A stretch of 64,000 nt of DNA from an uncultured Deferribacteres bacterium. Its GTDB lineage: Bacteria; Zhuqueibacterota; JdFR-76; BMS3Abin05. Of the stretch, positions 60,677 to 64,000 are shown piece after piece; the stretch's first letter is position 1, and each line of letters starts with the position of its first letter. Both the position numbers and the translations under genes were made by a program. Where the stretch lies: NCBI GenBank assembly GCA_964543425.1, contig CAZIYL010000001.1, positions 632 through 64,631 of the forward strand, given 5' to 3'. Below the pieces are notes generated by a model. That model saw only the letters and a program-made list of their open reading frames with translations. It made no database searches and was not told the origin of the DNA.

Positions 60677-61949
60677 ACTAATCGGATTCTTACTTATTAC
60701 GGGTGTCGGGTACGTAACCTTTTTTAGCTGTCCCACCTACGATGGAAATTTGATTACCTTCGCGGTTGGGTTTTTGCTGCTGAATGCGTACCTCCTTGGA
60801 AAGCTGCTTCTCAAAATTAAATTTCCAAAAATAACGGGGTACATTCTTGCCGGTATTGTTTTCGGACCCTACCTGCTTGGCTTTCTTACCAACCAGAGCG
60901 TTGAAAAACTTCGCCTAATTGACGATTTGGCCCTGAGTATTATTGCCCTTTCCGCCGGCGGGGAACTTCGTCTTTCCCAAATAAAGGAAGACTATCAATC
61001 TCTGCTGTATATTACAATTATTCAAACGGTTGGAATGTTTGCGATTATCACAGGGCTGATTTATCTTTTTGCACCCGCGTTTGGCTTTTTGCACAATCTT
61101 TCGCAGATACAGGTTCTTGCCATTTCCATGGTTTTTGGGATCGTATTGATTACAAAATCTCCCTCCACTACGATTGCCATGATTAGCGAGCTGAAAGCAA
61201 AGGGAAAATTTACCGAAATTGTATTGGGAATTACGATTCTAAAAGATGTGGTGGTCATTCTGGTTTTTGCAATCGTGTTTTCGTTGACCCGAAAAATTCT
61301 TCAGGTAGAAGGCGGCACGGAAAATAATTTAATGATTGTCCTAATGATTGAATTGTTTGGCTCACTTTTAGCGGGGGGAGTGATTGGTTGGATTTTAATA
61401 AAATATTTGCAAAACAAGATTCCCTACGTTTCTCTGTTTATTCTTGGAATAATTTTTTTCGTTTCAAAATTTGCCCCTTTGATTCATCTAAATATTTTAT
61501 TAATTTTTATTGTGTCTGGATTTTTGGTGGAAAATTTTACACCGCTCGGGGATCATTTGCTTCGGATCGTTGACAGAAGCTCGCTGATTATTTATGTCCT
61601 GTTTTTTGCAGTGGCCGGGGCAGGTCTGAATCTGACGGCGCTCCGCCAAACCTGGGTGCTGGCACTATTGCTTGTTTTAATTCGGATTTTTGCCGTTTGG
61701 AGCAGCACACTGCTTGGAAGTTTGGCTGCCCGAGCCGTGGCTTCGGTTCGGAAATATTCCTGGATGGGATTTATCTCACAGGCGGGCGTGGGCCTGGGTT
61801 TGGCCATTCTGGTGGAACGAACGTTCCCCGGCTGGGGGGCGGATTTTAAAACGCTAATTTTGGCCGTTATTGCGATTAATCAAATAGTTGGTCCGGTTTT
61901 GTTCAAATATGCACTTGTTAAATCAGGAGACGCGCGAGTCCTTCAATGA
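60669..61949 (+). CDS. Cation:proton antiporter (Na+/H+ exchanger family, CPA2-like)
   Basis: 426 aa, ~12-13 TM, with GYILAGIVFGP and SAGGELRL motifs typical of CPA transporters. Confidence 0.7.
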   Translation: MFELIGFLLITGVGYVTFFSCPTYDGNLITFAVGFLLLNAYLLGKLLLKIKFPKITGYILAGIVFGPYLLGFLTNQSVEKLRLIDDLALSIIALSAGGELRLSQIKEDYQSLLYITIIQTVGMFAIITGLIYLFAPAFGFLHNLSQIQVLAISMVFGIVLITKSPSTTIAMISELKAKGKFTEIVLGITILKDVVVILVFAIVFSLTRKILQVEGGTENNLMIVLMIELFGSLLAGGVIGWILIKYLQNKIPYVSLFILGIIFFVSKFAPLIHLNILLIFIVSGFLVENFTPLGDHLLRIVDRSSLIIYVLFFAVAGAGLNLTALRQTWVLALLLVLIRIFAVWSSTLLGSLAARAVASVRKYSWMGFISQAGVGLGLAILVERTFPGWGADFKTLILAVIAINQIVGPVLFKYALVKSGDARVLQ

Positions 61950-62905
61950 AACCAAGAATACTGATTACGCTGGGGGATTTTAACGGTATTGGCCCAGAGG
62001 TCACACTGAAAGCTCTTTTGGATGAGACTCTCTTGAAAGAGGCAACCCCGGTTCTAATTGGCTCCAGCCAAATTGTGAAATATTACGAAAAACGTTTGGG
62101 GCTGCGAATTTCGGGAACGAAAGTAGAGATTGTTGAGTGCGTGCAGGATGAGAAACTCCCGATTGAGCCGGGAAAAATTGTAAAAAAAGCGGGGGAAATG
62201 AGCGCTCGATTTCTTCAATGCGCAGTTGATTGTGTGAAAAAAAATGAGGGAGACGCCATTGTTACAGCCCCCATTTCAAAGGAGGCATTTTGGCTGGCCG
62301 GGTACCGGCAATTTCCGGGTCAAACCGAGTTTTTCGCAACCGGCTTCGGTGCCAAGCGCTTTGCAATGGTACTTATTTCGGGGAAATTTCGGGTGTGTTT
62401 TGCCACCACTCATTATCCGATTCGAGAGGTTGCATCTCGGTTGACAACACAAAAAATTATTGACACATCGCTGGCGGTTGTTCAGGCATTGCAACAATTT
62501 TTCGGGATTAAAAATCCGAAAATTGCAATTTCTGCTCTGAATCCTCACGGAGGGGAGCATGGAAAATTAGGCGATGAAGAGGGGCGTATCATCCTTCCGG
62601 CCATCCGGCAGCTATCGGACCAGGGGATACGCGCAAAAGGCCCCTTTCCCGCGGACACGCTTTTTACCCGCATCGACGAAAAAGATTTCGACGCCTATCT
62701 GGCACAATATCACGATCAGGGGATGATCCCTATTAAAATGTACGGCTTCGGATCGGCCGTGAATTTTACCGCAGGTTTGCCGGTTCCACGCACATCTCCC
62801 GATCATGGAACGGCATTTGACATTGCCGGTAAGGGGGTGGCAAGTGAAAAAAGCATGAAGGAGGCCATTCGGCTTGCTGTACAATTGGCTTCGAAAAAAG
62901 GTTAA
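61946..62905 (+). CDS. pdxA: 4-hydroxythreonine-4-phosphate dehydrogenase
   Basis: 319 aa with ITLGDFNGIGPEV and a metal-binding His region. It overlaps the upstream gene stop (ATGA). Confidence 0.85.
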   Translation: MKPRILITLGDFNGIGPEVTLKALLDETLLKEATPVLIGSSQIVKYYEKRLGLRISGTKVEIVECVQDEKLPIEPGKIVKKAGEMSARFLQCAVDCVKKNEGDAIVTAPISKEAFWLAGYRQFPGQTEFFATGFGAKRFAMVLISGKFRVCFATTHYPIREVASRLTTQKIIDTSLAVVQALQQFFGIKNPKIAISALNPHGGEHGKLGDEEGRIILPAIRQLSDQGIRAKGPFPADTLFTRIDEKDFDAYLAQYHDQGMIPIKMYGFGSAVNFTAGLPVPRTSPDHGTAFDIAGKGVASEKSMKEAIRLAVQLASKKG

Positions 62906-63665
62906 AAAAGCAGCGCCCTATGAAAAATTGGCGCCCATTTACGATTTTATGATGCGTCATGTGGATTATGCAATGTGGGCGGATTATGTGTTGCAGATCT
63001 ACAGGAAGCTCGAATTTCAGCCCGATAGTTTACTGGACACATCCTGCGGAACCGGGAATTTTTTAATCAATATGCGGAAATTTGTTCCCAAATTGTACGG
63101 ATGCGACGGCTCTTTTTCGATGGTAAAACAGGCTCGAAAAAAAGAGAGTCTTGCGGAAATTCCGATTTGGGCGGGTGATATGCGCCGTATCGGATTGAAA
63201 AAAAATGTGGATGCGTTGGTTTGTTTGTACGACAGTATTAATTATCTTTGCACTTCCGACGAAATATTGCTGGCGCTGGAAAATTTTTACGACCTTACAA
63301 ACCCCGGAGGCGTGCTTATTTTTGATATTTGTACCATTCAAAATTCGGAGCTGAATTTTTCGAATTACTACGAGACGAAAAAGGAAAAGGATTTTGCGTA
63401 CACGCGCTGGAGCCATTTCGATCACAAAACGCAAATTCAGTATACGGAATTTCAAATCAAATTCAGGGGCGACGGAACGCTGTACCACGAAGTTCACCGA
63501 CAGAGAATTTATCACACAGAAACTTTTTTCCATCTTATTGAGAAAACCGAATGGAAACTGGTGTTTGCCCTGGATGGGTTCTCTTTCGAACCGCCCAGTC
63601 ACAACTCAAACCGAATTCATTTCGTCTTAAGAAAGCAGGAAGCATCGGATGATTCGCTTTTTTAA
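62874..63665 (+). CDS. Class I SAM-dependent methyltransferase
   Basis: 263 aa with motif I LLDTSCGTGNF. Confidence 0.7.
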   Translation: MLYNWLRKKVKKAAPYEKLAPIYDFMMRHVDYAMWADYVLQIYRKLEFQPDSLLDTSCGTGNFLINMRKFVPKLYGCDGSFSMVKQARKKESLAEIPIWAGDMRRIGLKKNVDALVCLYDSINYLCTSDEILLALENFYDLTNPGGVLIFDICTIQNSELNFSNYYETKKEKDFAYTRWSHFDHKTQIQYTEFQIKFRGDGTLYHEVHRQRIYHTETFFHLIEKTEWKLVFALDGFSFEPPSHNSNRIHFVLRKQEASDDSLF

Positions 63666-64000
63666 TGTCAGTTTTTTTTATCCGCGAGGCGGCGGCGTGG
63701 AAAATGTGAATCTGTTTGTTCACAATGGAGAGTTTGTGTTTTTGGCGGGTCCATCCGGGGCGGGCAAAAGCACTGTTTTAAAGCTGATTCATTTGGAAGA
63801 ATTTCCGGATCGCGGGCACATTTTGTTGGACGGGTACAACACCAGAGAAATTACCAGGGGAGATATTCCTTATATTCGAAGAAAAATTGGAATGATTTTC
63901 CAGGATTTCAAGCTGCTTCGAGACCGAAATGTGTTTGAAAATGTTGCGTTTGCAATGGAGGTTATTGGCGCCCGGCGGTCGAAGATAAACAAGCGCGTAC
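63649..64000 (+). CDS. ftsE: Cell-division ABC transporter ATP-binding protein FtsE (N-terminal part; runs off window end)
   Basis: My own translation from the ATG at 63649 gives MIRFFNVSFFYPRGG...GPSGAGKST...IFQDFKLL, an ABC ATPase of the FtsE type. It overlaps the methyltransferase stop. Confidence 0.8.
   Translation, partial: MIRFFNVSFFYPRGGGVENVNLFVHNGEFVFLAGPSGAGKSTVLKLIHLEEFPDRGHILLDGYNTREITRGDIPYIRRKIGMIFQDFKLLRDRNVFENVAFAMEVIGARRSKINKRV

Overview
The window is a 64 kb chromosomal segment from a Gram-negative bacterium (roughly 45 % GC), which I infer to be a member of the FCB superphylum based on its TPR/SurA-rich envelope genes, a PlpD-like type Vd protein, a tricorn protease and DUF4159/DUF456 families. 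It spans the replication origin: rpmH-rnpA-yidD-yidC-mnmE-mnmG-rsmG lie on the minus strand, diverging from dnaA-[oriC]-dnaN-recF-(DUF721/DciA-like)-gyrB-gyrA on the plus strand. Almost the whole window is protein-coding. I found no CRISPR array, tRNA, rRNA or obvious mobile element. Other content includes a heme-biosynthesis cluster (hemX-like, sigma-54 activator, sirC-like, hemA, hemC, hemL), an amino-sugar/peptidoglycan-recycling cluster (nagB, GlmU-like beta-helix nucleotidyltransferase, anmK, BadF-type sugar kinase) with a separately located murQ, a TrpB2 paralog preceded by a terminator-type leader, a MacA/DevB-like efflux module, bioY, a tandem GT2, a patatin-Omp85 (type Vd) protein, a tricorn protease, a conserved envelope cluster (GATase1-like secreted protein, TPR, ~1130-aa double-TM coiled-coil protein, DUF4159, DUF456), three tandem SurA/PpiD parvulin chaperones, mfd, yjbQ, two tandem CPA antiporters, pdxA, a methyltransferase and the start of ftsE. 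The most unusual item is the sigma-54 enhancer-binding protein at 3853-5784. Its ~330-aa N-terminal 'sensor' region is a full-length but apparently catalytically dead paralog of glutamyl-tRNA reductase (HemA), and it sits directly upstream of sirC-hemA-hemC-hemL with an inverted-repeat-rich intergenic region. This looks like an undescribed heme-pathway regulatory module.
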